From positions 1-34,974 of the IMG/VR virus record IMGVR_UViG_3300012667_000297: a stretch of DNA of 34,974 bases. One strand, given 5' to 3'. Origin of the DNA: a virus. Its lineage: Duplodnaviria > Caudoviricetes. The stretch's first letter is position 1; the number at the start of each line of letters is the position of its first letter. The notes beneath the pieces were generated by a model. That model was not told the DNA's origin and ran no database searches. It saw nothing but the letters and a program-made list of their open reading frames with translations. Positions 1-9,300 of this stretch are shown piece by piece. The translations under genes and the position numbers were made by a program.

Positions 1-1462
1 CTTCAGTTAAATTTGCAGATCTTACATAATTATCTACAAACTTTTTTCTAACAACTTCAGCATTATATTTATTTAATTCCTCAACTCCTTTAGCTACAAT
101 AGCATCTTCAGGATTAGTAATATATTCATCCTTAAAGCCTTTAGGTCCACTACCAACTAATACCATACCTGGACTAGCAATACCTGCTGACAATGCTCCA
201 ATAATACCTGAATGCCATCCTTCTTGAGTTCCATAAGCTTCAGCTAATCCATGAGTCATTGAATCTGCAAAATCAGAAGCATAAGGATTATAATATTTTT
301 TAGTATAATAATCTTCTACTGTTTTACCAATAGCAAATTGTAATTGTTCTTGAGTTCCTTCAGAAAGTAATGGAGTACCAAACTTACTTGCTCTGTAACC
401 TAAGTTAGCATATTTACCTTTTTCAGCAATCTTATAAGCACCAGTAGCTTCATCTAATATAGAACCTTCTTTAACAATTTTAGCAAAGTCATTTGTTTTA
501 TTTCCAAATAAAGCTTTACCAAATGTTAACCAGTTATCAGCCATAATTACAGGTAGGTTCATTGCAAATGCTGCATCACCTGCTTGTCTAGCCATCATCT
601 TAGCATATTCTAATTCTCCTTCTGATAAGTTTAATTCATTACCAAAATCATCATGAGTTAGTTTATATAAAACATTTTTTTCAGCTTCTCTAGCTTCAGC
701 ACCAGATTCACCTTGAGCACCAGCTCCTGAAATGATACCTCTTTTTAAACCATCTTTAACATCTTTCTTAAAAGCTTGATCAGCAACATATTTTAATTTA
801 TCAGATGCTGCACCTATTCCTACATTTTTAGTTTCAGCTAATATTGCAGCAGCTTCTTCAACGGTTCCTGCAGCTCCCATAGCCTTACCTAATAAAGATA
901 AACCTTTACTCCAAGCTCCACCTGCTAAACCAGCACCAATAGTTGTACCAGCACCACCTAAAATATCTCTTGATATAGTATTAAATGACCAAAGTTTTCC
1001 TAAACCTGTAGCATTAGCTTCAGCTTTAGTTTCGTAAGTAGGAAAATTTTCTTCAGCAGCTTTAGAAATTTTATCTAAAGATTGAGTTAAAGCATTATTA
1101 TAATAAGCATTAGCACTAGGATCCCATTCACCTTTAGCATTAGTATTAGTTAATGCAGCAATAGTTCCATAAAAAGGATTAATAATACCTTCAGTAGCAG
1201 TAGTAAATGCTTTACTACCCATGTTATATAAACCATTACCTAATTTATCTAACTTTGTTTGTCTTTCACCACGAAGATATTTATAATCTCCTGATTCTAC
1301 CATTGAAACAGGAGTATTTACATCATACTGAGATTCACCAAAATCTACATTTTGTTTATTACCTATAAATTCAGATTTTGCTGTAAAAAAACTATCAGAA
1401 AAATTGAAAGTAGGTTCTTTTACTACTGGTATATTACTATTTAATGTTTCTTTTTTTCCCAT
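1..1462 (-). CDS. Large ejected virion cargo protein, N-terminal part (runs off the window; crAss-like cargo 3 / virion RNA polymerase-associated giant protein)
   Basis: Not in the ORF track. ATG at 1462-1460 opens a frame with no stop to the window edge: MGKKETLNSNIPVVKEPTFNFSDSFFTAKSEFIGNKQNVDFGESQYD...RGERQTKLDKLGNGLYNMG...GESGAEARE...AGDAAFAMNLPVIMADNWLTFGK...SEGTQEQLQFAIG. It has Gly/Ala-rich hydrophobic stretches and follows two cargo genes, as in crAss-like synteny. Confidence 0.8.
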   Translation of the reverse strand, partial: MGKKETLNSNIPVVKEPTFNFSDSFFTAKSEFIGNKQNVDFGESQYDVNTPVSMVESGDYKYLRGERQTKLDKLGNGLYNMGSKAFTTATEGIINPFYGTIAALTNTNAKGEWDPSANAYYNNALTQSLDKISKAAEENFPTYETKAEANATGLGKLWSFNTISRDILGGAGTTIGAGLAGGAWSKGLSLLGKAMGAAGTVEEAAAILAETKNVGIGAASDKLKYVADQAFKKDVKDGLKRGIISGAGAQGESGAEAREAEKNVLYKLTHDDFGNELNLSEGELEYAKMMARQAGDAAFAMNLPVIMADNWLTFGKALFGNKTNDFAKIVKEGSILDEATGAYKIAEKGKYANLGYRASKFGTPLLSEGTQEQLQFAIGKTVEDYYTKKYYNPYASDFADSMTHGLAEAYGTQEGWHSGIIGALSAGIASPGMVLVGSGPKGFKDEYITNPEDAIVAKGVEELNKYNAEVVRKKFVDNYVRSANLTE

Positions 1463-1481
1463 TATAAAATTTAATTAAAAA

Positions 1482-3401
1482 TTAATCTTCTTCTTCTACT
1501 TCTGAAGGTTTTACGGTTTCTGCAACTTTAGTATTATATTGTGTTAAAGATCCTCTAGTTTCAATTTCTCTAACTTTTTTTGCTTGAACTTCATCTAAAG
1601 ATGACGCTGTTATATTATTTTTTGTAACATTATATGTTACTGCTTTTAATTCTGGAACACCTTTAGAATTATCTACATAACTACCCATTAAAACAATATC
1701 ACCATATCTATTTTTTTCTGTAGAAGTAGCTACTAATTTAGGAGCATTTCCATAATTTTGTCTTTTAAATTCATTATCAAAAGCAGTTTGTAATACTGAT
1801 AATGCATTTTGATCTACATACTTATCATTAACTTTACCTGTTTTAGCAAATTCTAAAGCTCCTCTTGATATAGCATGTACAGCTCTTGTATCTTGTTCAA
1901 AACCTTTATCTCTAGGTACAGCTAAATAAGCTTTATCTACAATACCATCATCTTTAGTAGATACTGCTAATTTCCAACCAGCTTGTGCTGGACCAAAGAA
2001 ATCTACACCAGTATATGATGCATTTTTAGGAATATTTTTAACTTCTTCATTTGTTACTTTAGCATTAGAAGATTCATCTCCTTGTAAATAAAACTCCATA
2101 TTATGAATATCAGAGTTAGGACCCAACATTGCCTTATTCATACCTTGTGCAGTAGATTGTTGTAATTTAGTTGTAGTACTTCTTCTTTTTGCTACTTCTA
2201 CTGCATAATCATAAATTTGTTTTCTATAATTACCATCTGCAGGTGCAGGTAAATTTAACTCCTTAGATTTTTTAGCTAAAGCTGCAAATCCTTCATTTAC
2301 AGTTTGTTCTGCAGATTTACTAGGTAAAGCTGCCTTAATTGCAGATCCAAATATTGGAATATTTAAAATACCTGGACCAGAAGCATTATCAGCTTTAATA
2401 TTTATATTTTGTTTAGTAATATACTCTCCTTTATTATTAATAATGTTTCCTAAACCTAAATCATTTATTACAGTATCCATACTTACTAATTCAGGATTAC
2501 CTTGTTCATTAGTAGTAATAATATCAGCTTCTCTTTTTTCTTGATCTCTAGCAGAACTTAATGCTGTTGTTTTTACACCAGTAATCTCACCTATATCACT
2601 AAATATTTGATTAGAACCTGCAGCAAATAAATAATCAGAAACACCTTTCATTAATTGTTCAGGTGTTGCATTAGGATTTTGATATTGTAATAATTGTAAA
2701 TAATCTTGACCTTTTTGAGTTTGAATAAATTTATCAGCTTTTTGATTAGCTAAATTTCTAACTCTTTCATCTTTAACATATTTACCACTCTTACCCTTAG
2801 TATAAATATTGCCATCATTAGGATCTAAATATGAATTTTTAGAATCATAACCCATTTTAGCAATGTCTGCCATCTGTGCTCTAGCTTCAGAAGCATGGTC
2901 TTGTTTTTCACCCATGCCAGAATATCTAAATGGTTGTAATTCACCAGTTTCAGATATTAATGCTTTATTTCTATAAGGATCTTTATAAATAGCATAAGCA
3001 TCTCCTTTTTTAGCAGCATCTTCTTTATAAGTTTTATAATTAAGATAAGATTCTTCAAGTTCTTGTCTAACAGGATTATTAGCAAAATCTCTTTTAACTT
3101 GTTCTAATTCTCTATAAGCATTAGGATCTCCAGCGTATATCTTATTAGTAAGTTCATCAATCTTAGGTGCAAATTGTGCATCTAATTCTTGTTTCTTTTT
3201 AATATTAGATAAACCTAAATTAGGATCATTAATAGCTGGTACTTTAGTCATTAAATCTTTTAACTTATAAGTATCATCAATAGCAGCTTCATGTGCTTTT
3301 TGAGTTTGTGCTCCCAATGCACCTATAGCTTCAAAAGGCATAGGTACATATTGGGAAACATATTGTTGTTGTACTGAGGTATCAAAACGTGAACTAGGCA
3401 T
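1482..3401 (-). CDS. Virion cargo/ejection protein (cargo 2-like)
   Basis: Long ORF beginning QYVSQYVPMPFEAIG, helical and charged, lying between cargo 1 and the giant cargo gene. The ATG at 3401 is preferred over the track's TTG at 3407, which falls inside the promoter -7 box. Confidence 0.65.
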   Translation of the reverse strand: MPSSRFDTSVQQQYVSQYVPMPFEAIGALGAQTQKAHEAAIDDTYKLKDLMTKVPAINDPNLGLSNIKKKQELDAQFAPKIDELTNKIYAGDPNAYRELEQVKRDFANNPVRQELEESYLNYKTYKEDAAKKGDAYAIYKDPYRNKALISETGELQPFRYSGMGEKQDHASEARAQMADIAKMGYDSKNSYLDPNDGNIYTKGKSGKYVKDERVRNLANQKADKFIQTQKGQDYLQLLQYQNPNATPEQLMKGVSDYLFAAGSNQIFSDIGEITGVKTTALSSARDQEKREADIITTNEQGNPELVSMDTVINDLGLGNIINNKGEYITKQNINIKADNASGPGILNIPIFGSAIKAALPSKSAEQTVNEGFAALAKKSKELNLPAPADGNYRKQIYDYAVEVAKRRSTTTKLQQSTAQGMNKAMLGPNSDIHNMEFYLQGDESSNAKVTNEEVKNIPKNASYTGVDFFGPAQAGWKLAVSTKDDGIVDKAYLAVPRDKGFEQDTRAVHAISRGALEFAKTGKVNDKYVDQNALSVLQTAFDNEFKRQNYGNAPKLVATSTEKNRYGDIVLMGSYVDNSKGVPELKAVTYNVTKNNITASSLDEVQAKKVREIETRGSLTQYNTKVAETVKPSEVEEED

Positions 3402-3404
3402 ATA

Positions 3405-3435
3405 CAAATATAATTATTTAATTAGTTAGGACAAA
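3405..3435 (-). promoter_or_regulatory. Bacteroidota sigma-A-type promoter TTTG-N19-TATATTTG
   Basis: Minus strand reads TTTG tcctaactaattaaataat TATATTTG tat ATG, an exact match to the -33/-7 consensus TTTG-N19-21-TAnnTTTG. Confidence 0.8.
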
Positions 3436-3439
3436 ATTA

Positions 3440-6241
3440 TTATCCTAAATCATAACCTGCTTTTTTCATAGCAGCTTTAAATTGAGGATTGTTAAAATAT
3501 GATTGATACATAGCTAATGTTTTTTCATCCATTTTACCTTTTTTAGAATCCAACATTTGTTGAGAAACATTTTGACCAATACCTGCAATAGCTTCACCTT
3601 TACCAGATCTAGTTCTAGCTCTATTCTGAGCATTAGCAATAACTTCTTGCATAGCTAATTGAGTATTATACTGATTAGCTCTATTCTGAATTTCAGCATT
3701 AGTATTAGCATACTGTTGTCTTATTCTATCAATATCTTGAATATTTGAAGAAGTTAATCCTAATCTATTACTCATATATGCAGCAGCATTTCCACCTGAA
3801 GCTCCTCTAAGATTATACTCAGCAGCTTTAGCTTGTAACTTAGCATCTCTTATAGCAGCAGTAGGATCTACTTTTTCAGATTGCATTCTTTCATATTTTT
3901 CAATCTCAGGTTTATTATATCTTGATAAGTTATAAAGATTACCTGCATTTTGAACTAATCCCATACCAACTTGACCTGCTAAATTCTTCCAATTAAATCC
4001 TTCAGTTTCAGTTCCTGTTGTAGGTTTTATAGCATTAGGATTTAATGCAGTATCTGCATCCCAAGCTGATTTATTTAATCTAGCTGCATCCCAAGTATCT
4101 AAAGGTTTTCCAAATGTATTATATCTATCTGGAGCAAGTACATTAGTAAAATCAGGTTCTTGTTTAACTGATGTACCAGGAACAACAACATTTTCTCCTT
4201 CAGATTCATTAGGCATTGTTGGTACAAATTTTACAGAATCAGGTACTTTTATTCCACCTTTACTTAATTTAGGATATACTTTTAATCCTGAAGTATATGG
4301 TGCTCTTTGAGCAACAGGTTTAGCTTCAGGTCTGTTTGCAAGATATACTTCTTCATCAGGAAACTCAGTCATTCTAGTAGGTTCTACTTCTAAGTTTCTA
4401 TAATTAAAAGGTTGTTGCATTCTAACTCTTTCAACATCTAAATTTCTATAGTTAAAATTATTAGGTCTAGACATCATTCTAACATCTTCCTCAGTCATTG
4501 GTGTCATTCTAGTAGGTTCAACACCTAATGCTCTATAAGTAAATCTTGGAGGTATAGTACCACCATCAGGATATTGATTCATATATCCACCATAAGCTTT
4601 TTGAGGAAACTGTTTATTCCATTGCTCTTGGTAAGTTCCATATTTAGGATCGTTAATATATTGAAAAGTTTTAGGAGTAGCTACAGGATTCATTATAGGT
4701 TTAGGAGCTTCTTGACGTGGTGTAGGTTCTGTAAAGTTTTCCTCATTATAAGGAACCATTGTAGGTCTTGCAAATTTAACAGAAGGATGTGAAGGATCAT
4801 ATCCTGCATAACTTTGACTAAACTCACCTGAAATAGGTTTAGCAGCTCCTCTATTATATAAATTCATATATGCAGTATTTACTGCAGAATCCATACCTTG
4901 TTTTCCAATAGTAGGATATTTTAATCCAGATTTATATAAAGTCATACTATCTTTTTGAGCTTGCTCATATTCAGGTTTAGTTAAAGTAACTTTACCTCCA
5001 CCTGGATACATAGGAACATCACCTTTAAAATTATGATAAGGATTAGTCATTGCTGGATATTGTCCACCCATTGCATAAGTTGGATTACCTGCATTATCAG
5101 TATTATAATAAGGTAATTGAACTCCACCCATTGCCATCTTATTCATCATACCACCATATCTTACCATTGGCATTTCACCTTCAGCTTGTTCAGGTAATCC
5201 TTGAGGTTCCATTTGCTCATCATCCATAGAAGGTAATTGTACTCCCATCTTTTTAGCATAAGCAGCAACTTTATCTTTTTTTAATTGCTCTTGCATAGCA
5301 AAAAGCATATCACTATTTTTCATCTTAGCCATCATATTAAGTTTTAATGAAGCTTCACTCTTAGGATCTAAGTTACCTTTAGTAAAAAGTTTATCTTCTC
5401 TATTAGTATTATTACTAGCATTTAACTTAGCAAATGTTTTATTAGTTCCTGGCATTTTAAGTTTATCAGAAAAGATTCTAGTACCTGGAGCCATGTCAGT
5501 TTTAATACCACCATTAGAATGAGAAGCACCATTAAACTGTGTAAATTGACCATCAGGAGATACAGCATTTTCTTGTTTTTCAACTTCAGAATTTATTTGA
5601 CCAGTACCACCATTAGCATATTGAATACCTCCCATTGCAAACTGTTGTTGCATAAAAGGTTGTAGCATATTCATATATTCATTACCTCCACCTTGATTCA
5701 TAAACTGATTATATTTATTTAAACCTTGACCAAAACCTGAAGCATTAAAGTTTGCAGCTTGTGATTGCATTCCAGAACTCATAGGAGAACCAGCTTGACC
5801 ATAAGCCATAGCACCAATTTGTCCTGCAGTATTTAAAGCCATACCAGCACCTTGTGCCCAATCTTTACTTTCATTACCTTTACTTACTCCAGCACCTAAT
5901 CCTTTACCAGTCTGACTAATAGCAGTACCTGTAGCAGCAGGATTAATTACAGCACCACCTATTGCTCCTGCAGCATTACTAAACCCTCTAATAGAATCTT
6001 GTTCTCTCATTTCATCTTGAGTAGAGTTACCAGCTTTTTGTAAAGCATAGTATCCCTTATCAGTAATCTGATCAGTAGCACCCATAGTTACAGTATCTAA
6101 TAATCCTTCTCCTATTCCATAAGCAGCAGTACCAATTTGTTTACCAGCTTTATTTATTTTCTTTTTATCTCCTTTAGTTAAATTAAATATACCACCACTA
6201 TTATATTTAGGAACATAAGGAGTTTTTTTATTAGACTTCAT
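3440..6241 (-). CDS. Virion cargo protein 1-like (ejected protein) with many xxGG motifs
   Basis: 933 aa, directly downstream of the muzzle gene. It has an N-terminal Gly/Ala-rich hydrophobic segment, a conserved-looking block SEVEKQE...GASHSNGGI...IFSDKL, a low-complexity middle and a C-terminal Ala/Gln/Asn coiled coil. Confidence 0.7.
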   Translation of the reverse strand: MKSNKKTPYVPKYNSGGIFNLTKGDKKKINKAGKQIGTAAYGIGEGLLDTVTMGATDQITDKGYYALQKAGNSTQDEMREQDSIRGFSNAAGAIGGAVINPAATGTAISQTGKGLGAGVSKGNESKDWAQGAGMALNTAGQIGAMAYGQAGSPMSSGMQSQAANFNASGFGQGLNKYNQFMNQGGGNEYMNMLQPFMQQQFAMGGIQYANGGTGQINSEVEKQENAVSPDGQFTQFNGASHSNGGIKTDMAPGTRIFSDKLKMPGTNKTFAKLNASNNTNREDKLFTKGNLDPKSEASLKLNMMAKMKNSDMLFAMQEQLKKDKVAAYAKKMGVQLPSMDDEQMEPQGLPEQAEGEMPMVRYGGMMNKMAMGGVQLPYYNTDNAGNPTYAMGGQYPAMTNPYHNFKGDVPMYPGGGKVTLTKPEYEQAQKDSMTLYKSGLKYPTIGKQGMDSAVNTAYMNLYNRGAAKPISGEFSQSYAGYDPSHPSVKFARPTMVPYNEENFTEPTPRQEAPKPIMNPVATPKTFQYINDPKYGTYQEQWNKQFPQKAYGGYMNQYPDGGTIPPRFTYRALGVEPTRMTPMTEEDVRMMSRPNNFNYRNLDVERVRMQQPFNYRNLEVEPTRMTEFPDEEVYLANRPEAKPVAQRAPYTSGLKVYPKLSKGGIKVPDSVKFVPTMPNESEGENVVVPGTSVKQEPDFTNVLAPDRYNTFGKPLDTWDAARLNKSAWDADTALNPNAIKPTTGTETEGFNWKNLAGQVGMGLVQNAGNLYNLSRYNKPEIEKYERMQSEKVDPTAAIRDAKLQAKAAEYNLRGASGGNAAAYMSNRLGLTSSNIQDIDRIRQQYANTNAEIQNRANQYNTQLAMQEVIANAQNRARTRSGKGEAIAGIGQNVSQQMLDSKKGKMDEKTLAMYQSYFNNPQFKAAMKKAGYDLG
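4365..4545 (-). repeat. Three imperfect in-frame repeats F[TN]YR[AN]L[GDE]VE[PR][TV]RM
   Basis: Copies are FTYRALGVEPTRMT, FNYRNLDVERVRMQ and FNYRNLEVEPTRMT. The DNA word cattctagtaggttc recurs at about 4370 and about 4505. Confidence 0.85.
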
Positions 6242-6268
6242 ATAATTTAATTTATTATAAGTAATACA

Positions 6269-6300
6269 TTAATATAATTATTTTAGTTTATATATACAAA
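6269..6300 (-). promoter_or_regulatory. Promoter TTTG-N20-TATATTAA upstream of cargo 1
   Basis: Same architecture and spacing as the 3405-3435 promoter, placed just after the muzzle terminator. Confidence 0.65.
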
Positions 6301-6330
6301 TAAAACAGTAGTTAAGTTATAACTACTGTT
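6296..6330 (-). terminator. Intrinsic terminator after the muzzle gene
   Basis: 11-bp perfect stem aacagtagtta (6304-6314) / taactactgtt (6320-6330) with a 5-nt loop, followed on the minus strand by TTATTTG, right after the stop codon. Confidence 0.75.
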
Positions 6331-6331
6331 G

Positions 6332-9300
6332 TTATCTATCAGAAATATTAAATATTGATTTTACTGTGTGTATTATAAACCTTAAGTTAGGACTGTTATT
6401 ATAGTATAAGTCTACTATTGCCCACTTATCTCTAAGTCTTTCTCCAAAAGTTGTTCTAGTTAATTTACTAGAATCAAATAATGAATTAGTAGAAACAGGT
6501 GTAGTGTTATAGTTAAACTTATTTCTAGGTAACTGAACATTAAAAGATTGTTCTAGTTTTCTTAAATTGTTATTAGGAGGAGTTATTGTTAAATCAACCC
6601 AATCTGTATTTTGATATTGATTATAAACTCTTAACTTACTAAAAGTATTATCTCTTATTGGAACATCATCAGGATAAGTAGGAGTAGTAATAGTTCCTGG
6701 ATTAATATTTAAATCATCAGACCATTGTAAATTATCATTAATAGATTCAGTAATCCATTGTAAGTTATTAAATACTTTAGTATATAAAGGTTGTTCATTA
6801 GACAATAGTTTTAAAGTACTAGGATAAACAGTACCATAGAAATTACCATATTGTCCATAGTTATGTAAGTAAATTTTATTTCTTAAAGAATCAGAATTCA
6901 CATTACTTAATAAATATCTATTACTGTTAATGTATAAGTTTGGAGTAAATGAATAATAACTTACAAACTTATTTAATTGCTCAGAGAAAGTTATTGTATA
7001 AAATTCATCTGTTGTAGCAGGAACTGTATTATTTTTATTTAAGAATGTAATTAAGAATTCATTATGAGTATAATCATAAGTAGTTAATATACCTTCACCA
7101 ATTACAGGATTATCATGATTAATAATATTATCATGTAATTTTTTCATTAAGAAATTTCTTTGACCTAATGTATCAGATATTGGATTTGCAGTTTGACCAT
7201 TATATAAATATAATTTCTTACTTCTTATATCTAAGAATATTACTTGATTTTGAGATTTATTTACAGACCACTGATGATTAGTACCAACATCTAAATGATT
7301 ATATTCATGTCTTTCAATAGTGCTACCAGTACCTAATTTAATAGGAGTATTTACAGTTGTAGAATTTATCATAGCTACTGGATTAACAATTAAATATCCA
7401 ATACCTCTTTCCTGAATATAGTGTAATTGATTATTAAGTGCAACTACAGCATTAATAGCTCCATAGTTTCCTTCTACATCATAGTAGTTATTTGTTAAAT
7501 ATTGAGTCCAACTATCATCAATTTCATTATTAAATTTCTTTTCAGAATAATGAATTCTATTAATCCATTTATTAGATAATATAAAATCTAATGGTTTAGG
7601 AAAATACTTATTAATATTCTTTTCATTACTATGGTAAGATGCATAACCATAATCATCATATGAGCTATAAGCACTTCCATTTAAATTTACATCTACATGT
7701 GCACCATATCTTACTTGTTGGTTATTAGAATTAGTACAAGGAAAATAAAATATATTTCCAATATCAAATTTAATAATATCTCTTACTCCTCCACCAGGTT
7801 CATCGTTAGGATTATTACCAGTCCATCTATTTCTTTTAAATTCAGTACCTCCACCAATATTTTTTTTAATCTTATTTAAATCCCAATAATTTAAAAATAC
7901 ATCACCATTAAAAACTTTATGTGTAAGATTAATATTATTATTTAATAATTTTCTATTTCTATTTACAGGAATATAACTTCCACAAGCAATATATTCATTA
8001 GTAGTTCTAGCAGTATAAGTATTACCATTATATTGATTAGGGTTTGCTCTATAATAAAGAGCCATTATTTTAGCACCCATTTCTTGTTCACTGTTAAAAA
8101 AATAGTAACTATCTACCATTTGCTCAGTGTCAAAAGTTAACATAACAGATTGACCTCCAGTACCAGGAGTACCTCCTAAACCATCAAATACTGAAAACCT
8201 ATTATAAAAAGTATAATTTCCTATACCTGTATCTATTGTAGCATTTGAACCAGCAAACTGACCTGACTTTATAACTTTATTTAAATTTTGTTTTTGTTGA
8301 GAAGTTCTAGGATCTTGAAATATATTATTACCTGCATTATTATTATTTGAATTTTTATAAAAAACTCTTTGATCATAATAAAATAACATAAAGAAAGGCA
8401 TCTCTGAAGAATCAAATCCTGTTTGTAATGATGGTATTCTATCACCTACATAACTTCCAGGTAATGTACGACAAGCTGGTTCTGATCCTGAAGGATCATA
8501 AGTATTTTTTAACCACATGTCTAAGTTATCTCCAGTATCATCAGAATTAAAACCTATTCGATATCTTCCATTAGGTAATCCAGATTGAGCATTATAAAAA
8601 TTTATAGGTCTAACTTTAGATCTTAATAATAGTCTATCTCCTTCTTTAAAAGAATAACCATTAGTCATAAAATCAAAACTATCAAATGTAGTTATTCTAC
8701 TAGATGTTATAAATTCAGCATCTGATAATACATGTAAATAAGAAGTAGAACCAATAGGTGCTTGACTAAGTGTTTCAAAAGATTTTTGACTTGGATAAGG
8801 AGCGTATATATTTTGAAAAATACCACTACTTGAGTCTACTAAACCTCCTCCTAAAAAAGCAGTTTCACCAAAATTTTCAGCTACTGTATTAGTAACCATT
8901 CCTGTACCTAAAATAGTTTTATCAGCATCAGTTCTTTCAACTCTAACTATTTGATAACCACTAATTATATTTTTAACAGCACTAACATCTATTTTAAACT
9001 TTATACATAAAGCTTGTCCATAAACATTACTATTATATAAAAATGAATTTCTAAAATCATTAATACCTGCAGCAGTAGCAATAGGTCCTCTATTAGTTAA
9101 ATTACCATCACTATATCTAGGCATTTTAATATCACCTATCCATTGTACAAAATATGGACTTCCTTGTAAATCAAAAAACTGAATACCAAACCTATAAATT
9201 TCTTCATGTTGAAATCCTTTAAGAGTGGAAGTAAAATATGGATTTTTAGATAATCCAATACCAGTCATTGTATAAGTTTGATCAGAAGAATCTGAAGGAG

